A DNA stretch of 64,000 nucleotides, taken from Octopus bimaculoides (Eukaryota). Where the stretch lies: contig NC_069001.1 in NCBI RefSeq assembly GCF_001194135.2, forward strand, positions 37,515,158 to 37,579,157. The letters are read 5' to 3'. Below, piece by piece: positions 25,717 to 37,583 of the stretch. Position 1 is the first letter of the stretch; every line of letters starts with the position of its first letter. The notes beneath the pieces are model-generated. The model was not told where the DNA came from. It ran no database searches and worked only from the letters and a program-made list of their open reading frames with translations. The translations under genes and the position numbers were made by a program.

Positions 25717-26143
25717 GGATTGAACCTGGAACCATGTGTTTGGGAAGTAAACTTCTTACTACACAACCACACCTTAAAATCTTTAAAGCCTTTATCACAA
25801 GCTCATTGTAATATGAATGACCCTTTGAGGTTTCAGTTGGTCATTATATGAAATATACCAGAGTGTTCCCAGTCAAATGAAGGATAACTTTTGGGGTAAT
25901 GTCATACATGGGATAATTATAATGTAACTTTTATCAAATTTCTTGGTGCTTCTACAAAATGCTAAAATAATGAATACTAATTTTTAAAAGAAAAATAATT
26001 ATTATCTTAAAATAAAATTCAATATTTTTCTTATGTGTATAATTCCTCTCATGAACTACTCACTCATTTACCTCCTCCTCCTCTTCCTCCTCTATGATTC
26101 CTCTCTCACTGTGTGTGTGTTTGTAAGAGTGTAAATATGGGTA

Positions 26144-26184
<41 letters not shown>

Positions 26185-26208
26185 GAGAAGTCGAGTAGTA
26201 ATACATAC

Positions 26209-26372
26209 AGGGCCTGGTGAGATAATTGCGTATATCCATGTGCCGTGTGCGACACAGACGTCGCCTCCGTGTGCGTCCCAGATGTATCTCTCCTTCCCGT
26301 TCATCAGAAGATTGATCCGACAATGTCTCTATATGGGCCATTGGTGCCTCGGCTGTCTGGAGGGTGTTTTCC
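26209..26372 (-). CDS. HERC1: HERC1 exon
   Basis: ENTLQTAEAPM..GRTRRRRLCRTRHMDIRNYLTRP; gtgcag/gtatgt. Confidence 0.8.
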
Positions 26373-26551
26373 CTGCACAGAGTAACACATTACACTAGTC
26401 ATACAGTATACTTAGTTAAACATATATATATATAAATATACAGAACAAAAACACACAGAGAAAATCACACCTTTAATTGTAGAATTCACCTTACAAAGTT
26501 GACAATTGTTTCTATTGTGTTAACATATTTAGATGTAGAAAATATTGAAAT

Positions 26552-27195
26552 TAATAATCTTAAAGGCCCAGTCTTCAGTGATACAATAATTCTAAAGACC
26601 CAGTCTTCAACACAGCATTCCTAAACATCCAGTCTTCAGTAACGCAATAATCTTAAAGACCCAGTCTTCAACAACCAAACAATCCTAAAGACCTAGTCTT
26701 CAGTAACAATAATCCTAAATATCTAATCTTCAGCAACACAAGACCCAGTCTTCAACACAACTATCCAAAAGACCCAGTTTTCAACAATACAATAGCCCTA
26801 AAGATCCAGTTTCCAGTTACACAATAATTCTTAAGACTCAATCTTCAACATAATCCTTAACACCCAGTCTTCAGTAACACAATAATCCTAATGACCTAGT
26901 CTTCAACAACACAACAATCCTAAAGACCCAGTTCTCAGCAACACTAATTTTAAAGACCAAATCTTCAATAACACAATTCTTTAGACCAAGTTTTCAATAA
27001 TACAACAATCCTAAAATCCCAATCTTCAGCTACACAGTAATTCTAAAACCCAGTCTTCAACAACTTGATAATTCTTAAGAGCCATTATTCAGAAGCAAAG
27101 TAATCCTAAAGCTTCAATTTTCAGTTACATAGTAATGATAAAGACACAGTCTTCAGTAAAGAAATTATCCTAAAGACCCAGTCTTCAGCAACAAA
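26552..27195. repeat. Degenerate minisatellite of about 31 bp, roughly 20 units
   Basis: Consensus about AATAATCCTAAAGACCCAGTCTTCAGTAACAC. Confidence 0.9.
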
Positions 27196-27331
27196 TAGTC
27201 AATAAAAAAACAACACAACCCATGCCTTTCCAGTCTGTCTTCATTTAATACCAAAACCAAAATTTTGTGTCCAAGAATTATTTAGACGAAATAAAACATC
27301 CAGAACAAGATGACAAGGAGCAAAGGCTTAC

Positions 27332-27560
27332 CAGTCAGAGGCTATTCTGTAGATATGTGCATTGAGCATGTCTGTGAGTGGTGTGCCCCTGGAGGGGAGA
27401 GATGTGGGTGGAAATGATAGGTCAACAGGGACACAGGTAGAAGTCGAGCTTACGGCACAACTAGATTGTTCGTTCTGACTTGGTGTTTCAGTGATGGGGT
27501 GTTCGACCATCCAGGTGGCTAGGGTGTTCACGACATGAGCAGAAGCCTCAATGTTGACAC
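27332..27560 (-). CDS. HERC1: HERC1 exon (UBA-like, second half)
   Basis: GVNIEASAHVVNTLATWMVEHP..; tttcag/gtaagc. Confidence 0.9.
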
Positions 27561-27813
27561 CTGAAACAGAAAAAAACAGAGAAGAATGCTGTGTATTGTG
27601 GTAATTAAAATATTGATTGCTTCTTATCATATAGATACACACACACACACACAGGTACAGATGTGGCTGTATGGTTAAGCAGCTGGCTTCCCAATCATAA
27701 GGCCTTGGGTTCAGTCCCACCGAGTGACACCTTGGGCAAGTATCTTCTATTATAGCTCTGGGCCAACCAAAGCCTTGTGAATGGATTTGGAAGAGGGAAA
27801 CTGAAAGAAGCCC

Positions 27814-27850
<37 letters not shown>

Positions 27851-27982
27851 ATGCAGGTATGTATGTGTGATGATGGTGATGATGATGATACACAAGGCTA
27901 CAAAATTTCATTGGAGAGGATAATGTTAAGCATTTCAGCCCTATCTCCAGGTTTTCCTTGATATTTTATCAAACCCTAAGGT

Positions 27983-28362
27983 GCAGGTGTGGCTGTGTGG
28001 TAAGAAGCTTGCTTTCCAATCCCATGGTTCCAGATTCAATCCCACTGCAAGGCACCTTGAGCAGGTGTCTTCTACTATAGCTTCAGGCCAACCAAAGCTT
28101 TGTGAGTGAATTTGCTACATGGAAACTGAAAGAAGCCTGTCGTGTGTGCATGTGTGTTTGTGTTTGTCTCCCCCACCCACTTGAGAACCAGTGCCGGTGT
28201 GCTTATGTTTCCGTAACTTAGCAATTCGGCAAAAGAGACCAATAGAATAAGTATCAAGCTTTAAAATAATGTACTGTAGTCGAATCACTCGACTAAAAAT
28301 TCTTCTAGGTGGTACCCCAGCATGGCCACAGCCTAGTGACTGAAACAAATAAAGGATAAAAA
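27983..28362 (+). mobile_element. tRNA-derived SINE, family B (other copies e.g. 13965-14378 +, 27660-27830 +, 8690-9050 -, 25141-25773 -, 43590-43940 -)
   Basis: Head ggctgtgtggtaagaagcttg..gattcaatccc (A/B-box-like), caccttgagcaggtgtcttctactatagc, internal (TG)n, tail gactgaaacaaataaagg. Confidence 0.8.
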
Positions 28363-28581
28363 ATGGAAAGAGGAAAGGAAAAAACAATTTCCATGGGATC
28401 AAAACTCGGAACAGAAAGAGACGCCAGTAAACGCAAGACAAATATTGTCCAACAATAAACCAGTCCTGACGTTGAGGCGTTTCACTTGGAAAATTTGCAG
28501 CAGGACATTATGAGTCAATTAAAATAACGAGGCTTTAGTCTGTGATGAGAGGAGGAGGAGGAGGAAGCAACTGTTACTTAC

Positions 28582-28751
28582 CTGTTGCCCTCATTGCCTG
28601 CACAATGTGGTTTAGGCTAAATCCCATCTCGATGAGTGGTGCATAGAGAGGTGATGGTGGGGTTTGTGGTGTGGGGCTGACTGCTGTTACAGTTGCTGGA
28701 GACAAAGTCGGATGTTGTAATGGTGATACGCTGATAGGAACTGCTGAAAGA
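28582..28751 (-). CDS. HERC1: HERC1 exon (UBA-like, first half)
   Basis: PPSPLYAPLIEMGFSLNHIVQAMRAT; catcag/gtaagt. Confidence 0.92.
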
Positions 28752-29186
28752 CTGATGGAGAGGAGAAAACAAACAGACATTTAAACAACAATTAGTCAGT
28801 GAGAAACATTACATAACATAACCATACAGTGTGTGTGTGTGTGTGTATGTGTAAGTATATAAGTTTTAGTGTTCTTATGAAGGTAAACCCTACATTGAAC
28901 CCAGAAGGTTTGCTAATGGAAGAAATGGGATCACAATGTAGTTCAGTCTCACACAGTTTCAATACAGTAAGAACCACACACGTTCTCTCATCATCATCAT
29001 CATCATCATCATTTAACATCTGTTGTCCATGTGGTCATGGGTTGGACACTTTGAATGGAATTGGTGATCCGGAGAGTTGCACCAGGCTCCAGTCTGATTT
29101 AGCATGGTTTCTATGGCTGGATACCCTTCCTAAAAACCAAGCACTTTGAGAGTGTAATGGGTGTTTTTTATGTGCCAGCAGCATGT

Positions 29187-29217
<31 letters not shown>

Positions 29218-29728
29218 AATAAAACAAAACAGGAAGCTGGAATAATTATTTGGCATTATATATTCACCATTACATATGTTTCATTTGCTAAGACGAATCA
29301 CAAAATTGCATATGTTGGATAGACATGTAAGAAATTTCCTATTAGAAATCCTTCACACAAGCCTAGCCATTAGGGTGGCATCATTCCAATGCTAAAGAAA
29401 CGTTGTGACCAGCAAGGTATAACAACATCTGACAGAGTTTGGTCAATCACGTGGTTTCAAAATAACGAATATGGTGGTCAATGCAAGGAATATTTGAAGA
29501 TATCTCTTTTACTTGTATCTCATCCACCAATTCCTCTGGCCATCAGTGACGATGCTTGGTGGGGTCACGTGTTTCATGTCTTTCTACAAATAGACCGCCT
29601 CACCTCAGGGAACTGGCTGGGGTTGATCAAGCCCTAGGCTGTGCCCATGTGACACTAACCCTTCCAACAAATAAATTAAAAACAAAATACCGCCCCCAAT
29701 GCCTGTAGGTAGAGCAGAGTTGTCTTAC

Positions 29729-29963
29729 CTTGGTTCACTTAGCATCGTTCTGATCCGGTGGACAACAGGTTGGTGGCGCTGTAGGAGAGAACTGCTGTCC
29801 ATGCTGGAGCGACGAGTCCCTACTCCGTTGGTGCCACTGTTGACATTGCTATCATCGACAGAGGCAGAAGTACTTGTGCTGTTACTTCGTTCCAGTGGGG
29901 GGCTGGACGTTACGTCCACACTGGCCTTGATGCCTTTCGATGCCCTCAGCTTATCCAGTTGTT
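29729..29963 (-). CDS. HERC1: HERC1 exon (Ser/Thr-rich)
   Basis: EQLDKLRASKG..HRIRTMLSEP; ttaatag/gtaaga; phase fits. Confidence 0.82.
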
Positions 29964-30030
29964 CTATTAAATAAAACACAGCAAACGTAACCAGAGATAA
30001 TCAGTGATAAATGATTGAGATTAGCTGTTG

Positions 30031-30082
<52 letters not shown>

Positions 30083-30084
30083 GT

Positions 30085-30300
30085 AAAGCAGCGATCTGGC
30101 AGAACTGTCAGCATGAGGGACAAAATGCTAAGCAGCATTTCATATGTCTTCATGTTCTGAGTTCAAATTCTGCCAACGTTGAATTTGCTTTCCATCCTTT
30201 CAAAGTCAATTAAGTAAGTACCAGTTGGACATTAGGGTTGATGTAATCGACTTAACCCCTCCGCTCAAACTGCTGCCCTTGTGCCAAAATTTGAAATCAT
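30085..30300 (+). mobile_element. SINE family A (many minus-strand copies, e.g. 10040-10215, 19860-20075, 36680-36910, 38840-39060, 50410-50595, 57470-57830)
   Basis: ctggcagaa..gagttcaaattc (B-box-like), ctttccatccttt..aagtaccagttg..gtaatcgac; usually adjacent to (TAA)n. Confidence 0.8.
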
Positions 30301-31072
30301 TATTATTATTACTATTATCATTTTTATTATTATTATTACCTCCGCCTTAGCAAAGACGGAGGTATTGTTTCCAGTTGGGTTTGTTTGCCTCTGGACAAGA
30401 TATCTGAAGAACCACTGGATGAAACTTTCATAATTATTATTATTATAATTGTTATTATTATCATTATCATCATTATCCTTATTATTATTATTATTGTTGT
30501 TGTTGTTGTTGTTGTTGTTGTTATTAATATTATTGTTGTTGTTGTTCAAGTTCAACTTTGCCGTTCATCCTTTTTCCAGGGGTCAGTGAAATAAGTACTA
30601 GTTAAGCACTGGGGTCAGTCCCATCAACTAGCCCCTTCTCACCAAATTTCAGGTGTCATACCTTATCAGCAGAAAGGATCGTTACTGCTCCTGTCATTAT
30701 TGATTTCCTTTTAACAGTTGAAAGAATTATTTATATTTACATACGTATGGTACGTGTGAGAATGTGTGTGTGTGTGTGTGTGTGAGAGTGTTTGTGCGTG
30801 AATGTGTGTGTGTGTGTGTCTGTGTATCAATGTGTGAGTGTGTATGTGTGTATCCATGTGTATGTGTGCTTATATATGTTTGTGAACGTTTGCCTGACAC
30901 ACATACAGACACTGATTCAAAATACACGCGTCAGTCTGTCTGTCTTTGTCACTGTATGTATGAAGACTGTGTGTGTGTATGTGAAGACTCTGTGTGTGTG
31001 TTTACATTTGTGAACGTTTACCTGACACACATCCAGACACTGACTCAAAATGCATGTCAGTCTGTCTAAAAA

Positions 31073-31107
<35 letters not shown>

Positions 31108-31115
31108 GCACTCAC

Positions 31116-32194
31116 CTTCATACTGAGCAAGATTGGCTTGGTTATCAGACTGGGTTTGAATCATAACCTGGTAGAGAACATTCTGTGCTCGTTCCAATTC
31201 CACCAAGGACACAAGACGTCGGAACGGGGATGGTACCGTGGCCAGCTTTACCATCTGCTTCATGATGGCACGAAGCTCACCTTTCATGTCATCATCTCGT
31301 CTCACCACAGTGCCGTCAGGAAGGGCTTTGCTGCTCTCGGCTCGTAGGTCGGATTTCGGCACGAGCAGCATCTCGGTGTATTTGTTGGTCAATAGAACCC
31401 TGTAAAGCATTCGCAATGCCGCCAATTTCAATGACGCCATCCTGAAGTTGAACAACTCGTGCTGTAAGGCGTTGTCTTCGGTGGAATTCACCTCAAAGAC
31501 GTTCTCGTCAGAACTCTCTTCCGTGATCACATCGGCCGAAACAGCACTTTCTTCTTTGCCAAATTTTTGTGACGCGGTCTCGGTGCCACAGGACGGTGTG
31601 TCAGAGAAGCTGGAATTCGGCAACGAACCTTCCCTGCTGCTAGAAACGGTTTGAGACATGTCACCCTGGGACCCGTGCATTGCCTCTCGGCTGTCCATCA
31701 ATGATGTAGATGCTGAGGCTGGCACTGAACGCAGCGACGATGACGACAGCGGCGGTGGTGGCGGTGGTAGTGGGATGCCAAAACTAGCATAATTAATGCT
31801 TTGCAACAACAAACATTGCCGTTTCTTGTCAGCGTTGTGATCTGTGGGTCTTTGTCGACTGTTTTCTTCAGTGATTTGTTGTTCCTGATCGGTGACCTGT
31901 GCTGGATCATCGGGCGGGCTCTTAGCAGTAGTGACAGCAGCAGCAACAGGATCCACGGATGACTCCTCCATTGGGTTGGAGTCTTGCAATTCATCAGTTG
32001 TTTTCCCTGGTTTCTTTTGCCCTCCATTCAAAGAACCATATTCCTGGTGTCTACTGAGCTGTAGTGAGTGCTTCTCGTCACTGATCAGAGTCAATTTCAT
32101 GACAGCCTGTAAAAGCTGTGGGGTGAGGCCAGCCAGGTGGTTGATGTCAAACTCAGCAGGTTCAATGGGTTCGAGGTTGGCTATGGCAGCATCA
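31116..32194 (-). CDS. HERC1: HERC1 large exon (1079 nt)
   Basis: DAAIANLEPIEPAEFD..KYTEMLLVPK..MKQMVKLATVPSPFRRLVSLVELERAQ; tttcag/gtgagt. Confidence 0.94.
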
Positions 32195-32590
32195 CTGAAA
32201 GGAGGAAGAGAACAATTTTTTGTTAATCAATGGTACAAATATATATAAAACAAGGGGGTTTTAGCAGAGTTTAAAATTATGGGCTAAAAATCAGACAAAC
32301 ATGTTTAAATGATCAAATGTTTACATAAATTTCAATGAGTTTCACAGAGATAGATAATATCAAAGTAAGTACATCTAAAAGCTCCAATACTGTTAACAGC
32401 CACCATGTCATCATACAGCAGAGTTATCTGAGCTGGAAAAACATGTGAAACTTTGTCAGTGCATGGAATTCATATAATATTTATCCAACAGGAAGATAGG
32501 TCTTAATTACAAATCATAGCATTTGCTTGAGATAAATTTATATATAGACATATTTAAAGAGAGAGAGAGGGAAAAAGAGAGAGAGAGAGG

Positions 32591-32624
<34 letters not shown>

Positions 32625-32665
32625 GAGAGAGAGCGAGAGAGAGGGGGGAGGAAATAAGAGGTCAC

Positions 32666-32829
32666 CTGATGAATGTGTCACTGTCATCCCAATGGACTTT
32701 AGCTGTGGTTGACTGGTCTCGTGACACCCCTAACAAGGTGCCCTTCTTGTAGGCAGTTTTATGTTTGCATCGGCCGCCCACTCTCAGTCCATGGTCAAGG
32801 CCACCAATAAGCACTAAGCTTGGCCACAC
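32666..32829 (-). CDS. HERC1: HERC1 exon
   Basis: VWPSLVLIGGLDHGLRVGGRCKHK..GTLLGV..TAKVHWDD; ttttag/gtgacc. Confidence 0.94.
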
Positions 32830-33254
32830 CTAAAATAGACACAACACAAAGAAAAAGACTCAGACTCAGAAACAGTGAAAGAGGTGGAGGAGGTGTTGTT
32901 GTTATTCTAAACCTCACATTTATCAGATATGGGAGGAGGAAAGGCAAATGTGTGTAATTCTTTTAACTCTTTAGCATTCAGGCTAACTTCATCTGATGTA
33001 AACCTTAATAATTCACATTCTTAGTAGTATTTAATTCTGTGTCTGAAGAATTTCTAATAGGAGATATCTTACATGTTTTCTCCTTCATGTACAATTTTGT
33101 AACTTCTATTAGCAAATGAAATATGTGTGAAGGTGAATAAATAATATCAAAAATTTTTCCAAACTCCTGTTCTGATATATATACATGTGTTAAATATATA
33201 TATATATGTATAGTCTATCATATAAATGTATGTTTAATTATATAAAAAAGTGTT

Positions 33255-33752
33255 GCTGCTAGAATAAAAATAGCCTGGGCAAAGTTCAGAGAGCTCCTAC
33301 CTTTGCTGGTGACAAAAGGCCTCTCACTCAGAGTAAAAGGTAGACTGTATGATGTATGTGTACAAACAGCCATGCTACATGGCAGTGAAACATGGGTCGA
33401 AACTGCTGAGTGTGATTGTTACCAGCGTCGCTTTACTGGCACGTGAAAAACAACATTCGAGCAAGGTCGTTGACAGTGCTGCTGGACTGGCTCCTGTGCA
33501 GGTGGCACGTAAAAAACACTATTTGAGTGTGGTCGATGCCAGTAACTCCTAACTGGCTCCCATGCCGGTAGCATGTGAAAAGCACCCACTACACTCTTGG
33601 AGTGGTTGGCATTAGGAAGGGCATCCAGCTGTAGAAACTCTGCCAGATCAGATTGGAGCCTGGTGCAGCCTTCTGGCTCACTAGTCCTCAGTCAACTGTC
33701 CAACCCATGCCAGCATGGAAAGCAGATGTTAAGTGATGATGATGATGATGAT
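33255..33752 (+). mobile_element. 5'-truncated RTE-clade LINE (ORF end, 3' UTR and (GAT)n tail)
   Basis: 33255-33395 reads AARIKIAWAKFRELLPLLVTKGLSLRVKGRLYDVCVQTAMLHGSETW. The 3' tail is shared with many short copies in the window. Confidence 0.88.
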
Positions 33753-33779
33753 GAGGAAACACATCTAGTAATGTGTGTG

Positions 33780-33816
<37 letters not shown>

Positions 33817-33884
33817 CTGTCAGTATGGTGAATAGAAACCCAAAACCAGACGTGATATTTCAGTAAAAAATGGCCAACACTTAC

Positions 33885-33979
33885 TTCATAACATAATGTT
33901 TCTACGGACTGGAATAATATCTTTGTATCACTTTCATTCTTCGTGACGGCTGCTGGGACGGAACCTTCTTTATCTTCCT
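33885..33979 (-). CDS. HERC1: HERC1 exon
   Basis: EEDKEGSVPAAVTKNESDTKILFQSVETLCYE; tttcag/gtaagt. Confidence 0.85.
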
Positions 33980-34612
33980 CTGAAACAACACAGAAAGATA
34001 GAAATTGATAAGAGAGATTCTAAGTCACTGCTGTTATTGAAAACCATCACATGTATTAAAGCTGATGCAAGAGAACAGATCCATTGTTAAAAATGTTACA
34101 AGGTGATGACGATGATGATGATGATGATGATGAAAACGAGAGCAACGAGACAACAAAGATATTGCTGGTGCTGAGAGAAAAAGCAGGCAATTGATGACAG
34201 AAGGCACGAGCACAACAAGCAGCAACGTTCCCATGACGACATCGTCTAACAAGGAAGCAATGGAGTGCGAGCTTCCATAGCATGCCGTGAGGTGGCGGCA
34301 GAGACAGTCTTGAGAAGGCCAGGACGGATGAAACAATGATGAAATTGGGACGGAAGCAAGGCAGAGGCCACAGACACGTCAGTGACGACAATGATGATGA
34401 CAATGATGATGATGACGAGGAGGGAGACAATGATGATGACAGTTGTGTTGATGAAGAGCTTAAGATGATGATGGTGGTGGTTGTGAGAGTAAGAATGATG
34501 ATGATGAGGAGGAAGAGGAGAATGGTAAAGAGTTCATGCTGACAATGGAGGTGGTGGTAGTGGTGGTGATGATGACAGTGATGACAAGACTGTTAATTCA
34601 AGCAGGGTTTAC

Positions 34613-34823
34613 CTTGCTCCGAGAGAGCCTCAAACTTATCGATCTTGTTGATTTGTTTAATGATCATGTCGTTGATGGGCCCGGTCCAGCTTTCGTTCTT
34701 GTGTAGAGTCCGCAGCAGGGAGATGGCAGCCTCCACCATGGTGGTCGTGGCAGGGGCACACAGTGGATCTCCTGGTAGGAGGTCACATGGTGATCCCTGG
34801 ACCTGCATGTCAGTGATCTTCAC
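34613..34823 (-). CDS. HERC1: HERC1 exon
   Basis: VKITDMQVQGSPCDLLPGDPLCAP..EAAISLLRTLH; tttcag/gtaaac. Confidence 0.94.
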
Positions 34824-35233
34824 CTGAAACACACAGACAGACAGTTTATAGAGGAGGGGAGGAAGAGGAGGGGGAGGAAGAGAAGGAGGAACTTAATAAT
34901 AATTCTTTCTATTACAGGCAGAAGGGCTGAAGTGTTGAAGGGGTGGGGAGCGGGGGAGTCGAAAACATTTGACCCTGGATTCAACTGGTACTTAATCTAT
35001 TGATCTCTAAATTAAAACAATCCTAATGTTTTTATAAATAGTTAACAGTTAGTTATAAACCCAAAGAATTATAAATTATGAATAAAAAATATGAATTCAT
35101 CAAAGAGAAACAATTTTAATTTTTTATTCAGATTGTATTTTAGACGAATTGTTTCAGATAAACTCGCCTAGAGGCCAAATATCTGGTGCTCTGTCAATTA
35201 TTACCATTGAAGACAAGAGAAAGATCGTCTTAC

Positions 35234-35317
35234 TTTTTCTCCAGGGTTACAACTGTAAAACATAACACAGGGATACAGCTCAGTAGCATCAATGTCGTCA
35301 AAGGCAAGTTTCAACTT
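35234..35317 (-). CDS. HERC1: HERC1 exon (SPRY)
   Basis: KLKLAFDDIDATELYPCVMFYSCNPGEK; tttcag/gtaaga. Confidence 0.95.
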
Positions 35318-35425
35318 CTGAAAGAAATGGAAGCAGACATTTTCAATTGGAGAACATCAATTATTGTGAGCATACATACACACACATACATATACATATG
35401 TATATATACATATAAACACACATAC

Positions 35426-35472
<47 letters not shown>

Positions 35473-36102
35473 CATACATACATACAAACACACAGATACA
35501 TATGTGTATATACATAATTATATAAATATATATGTACATATATATATACCGTTACACACACACAAACACATATATATACACATACATTTATACATATACA
35601 TACATACATTTATACATATACCCATAGATACATATATACATATATACACACACAAATATACAGACATATACAATCACAGCACAAAGCATGCAGTGTACAG
35701 CAGTGAAGGGCGGATGGAGGTAGAGATAGGGTGACCCTGGAGCAGAGACAGGTGAGCAAGCGTCGTGCGCCGACAGAGTGACTCCTGGCGCTCAAGTAGA
35801 AGCACAAATAATAGAATCAGAAATCTCGATCCTTCCACACTGTGAGACTTTGTCTGCCCCGGGAGGGAGGTGGGGGTGAGGCGGGGGGTTGTCGATGACA
35901 ACATCAGTAACAACAACAACAGCAGTGGCAACAACATCAATAAGAGCAAACAACAGAAACAAAATATGAACAACAACATAAATATAAACGTCAATCTCAT
36001 CAACAACAACAACAGCATGAAGAAGAGAATGTTTGATAAAAAAGATAAGAGAAGAACGGGCGGAGAGACTGTTGTTGTTGTTGTTGTGGTCGATGTGCTT
36101 AC

Positions 36103-36342
36103 CTCTCCATTCTTGCCAAAAGACAACGTCCTGGCATCCATATCTAACAGCACTGTGATGTAATCTCCTTGGCTATAACCCGGCAATGTGACACTCTGTT
36201 CTCCGTTGTGATAAACATTGCCACTGTAAGCCCGATATAACCACATATCGGTGGTCGTACTTTGACAGTAGTCAGTGACAGGCCACCGGGATACACCAAC
36301 ACACGTTCCCTCGTTACCACTGTTCTCCTTCACAATCAGGAA
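36103..36342 (-). CDS. HERC1: HERC1 exon (SPRY core)
   Basis: FLIVKENSGNEGTCVGVSRWPV..DMWLYRAYSGNVYHNGEQ..LDMDARTLSFGKNGE; ggtcag/gtaagc. Confidence 0.97.
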
Positions 36343-37268
36343 CTGACCACGGCAACAACCATAGCAACAGCAGGAAGAAAGAAACAAAGAGAATAGCATT
36401 TAGTACGGTGCCAATACGATGGAAACGGAAGGTAATGTGGTGGTGATGGTGATGGTGGCAATGATGGTGATGGTGATGGTGATGATGGTGGTGGTGTTTG
36501 ATTTCAAATTTTGACACAAGGCCAGCAATTTCAGGAGAGGGTAGGGGTAAGTTAATTTATATTGATCCCAATATTCAACTGGTACTTGTTTTATCAACCC
36601 TGAAAGGACGAAAGGCAAAGCTGAGCTGAGCAGAGGGATGAAATGTCGCTAAGCGTTATGCCCAGCATGTCAATGATTCTTATTTCTTTTATGGCCCACA
36701 AAGGGGCTAAACATAGAGGGGACAAACAAGGACAGACAAAGGGATTAAGTTGATTACATCGACCCTAGTGCGTAACTGGTATTTAATTTATCGACTCCGA
36801 AAGGATGAAAGGCGAAGTCGACCTTGGCGGAATTTGAACTAAGAATGTAACAACAGGCGACATACGGCTAAGCATTTTGCCCGGTGTGCCAGTTCTGCCA
36901 GCTCACCGCCAGTGTTTGTCGTAATATTGATAGTAATGGTGGTGGTGGTGGTAGTGGTGATGTTAATAATGAAGATGGTTATGGTGAGGTTAATAATGAT
37001 GGTGATGATGATGGTGATGGTTGTTGCACTCAATAGAATCTGGTGTGTGAGAAAGAGGAGTTTTATATTTTACGAGTTAGGTTCTTGATGGAGAATGGAA
37101 AACAAATTCAATACGATATATAAGTAGAATCTATGTTATGAAATGTGAGACAATTTACAAATATGTATTTTACAAAAAAGAAGAAACAGAATTTCTTTTT
37201 CAATTAAAAACAAGATTTAAGGAGAGAAAAATAAGCAAAACGAAATAAAACATTTCCGTTAATCTCAC

Positions 37269-37583
37269 CTTCCATTGATAACAACCAGAAGTAATTTGCA
37301 TATTGCCCAGCCCATATCCTTTGCCCCCGGGCCCATGGACAAGGGTGTGACCATTCTCAACACTACAGCATAGCGTTTTATCAGGATCAAAAGAAGTGCT
37401 TTGTTTGGTAAGTGTTTCTTGTTTTTTGGCAGAGATTGGGCAGCCAGTGGTGGAATCAGTCTGTTCCACTTCATCGATCTTCTCCATCAGTTCGTTCTTG
37501 CGTGCCAGGGTTTGTTGGTTGGCGAGTACAACTGGTACAAACCACATGTGTTGGGCCATATCATGAAACAATCGCTGGACAAT
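37269..37583 (-). CDS. HERC1: HERC1 exon (start of SPRY)
   Basis: IVQRLF..SFDPDKTLCCSVENGHTLVHGPGGKGYGLG..SGCYQWK; ccacag/gtgaga. Confidence 0.95.

Noticed and set aside
26552-27195. CRISPR-like appearance of the 31-bp repeat
   Set aside because: Units are contiguous with no unique spacers, in a eukaryotic intron, with no cas genes.
35186-35807. Several overlapping YIYI/CVCV-rich ORFs
   Set aside because: Translations of (TA)n/(CA)n microsatellites; only 35234-35317 is a real exon.
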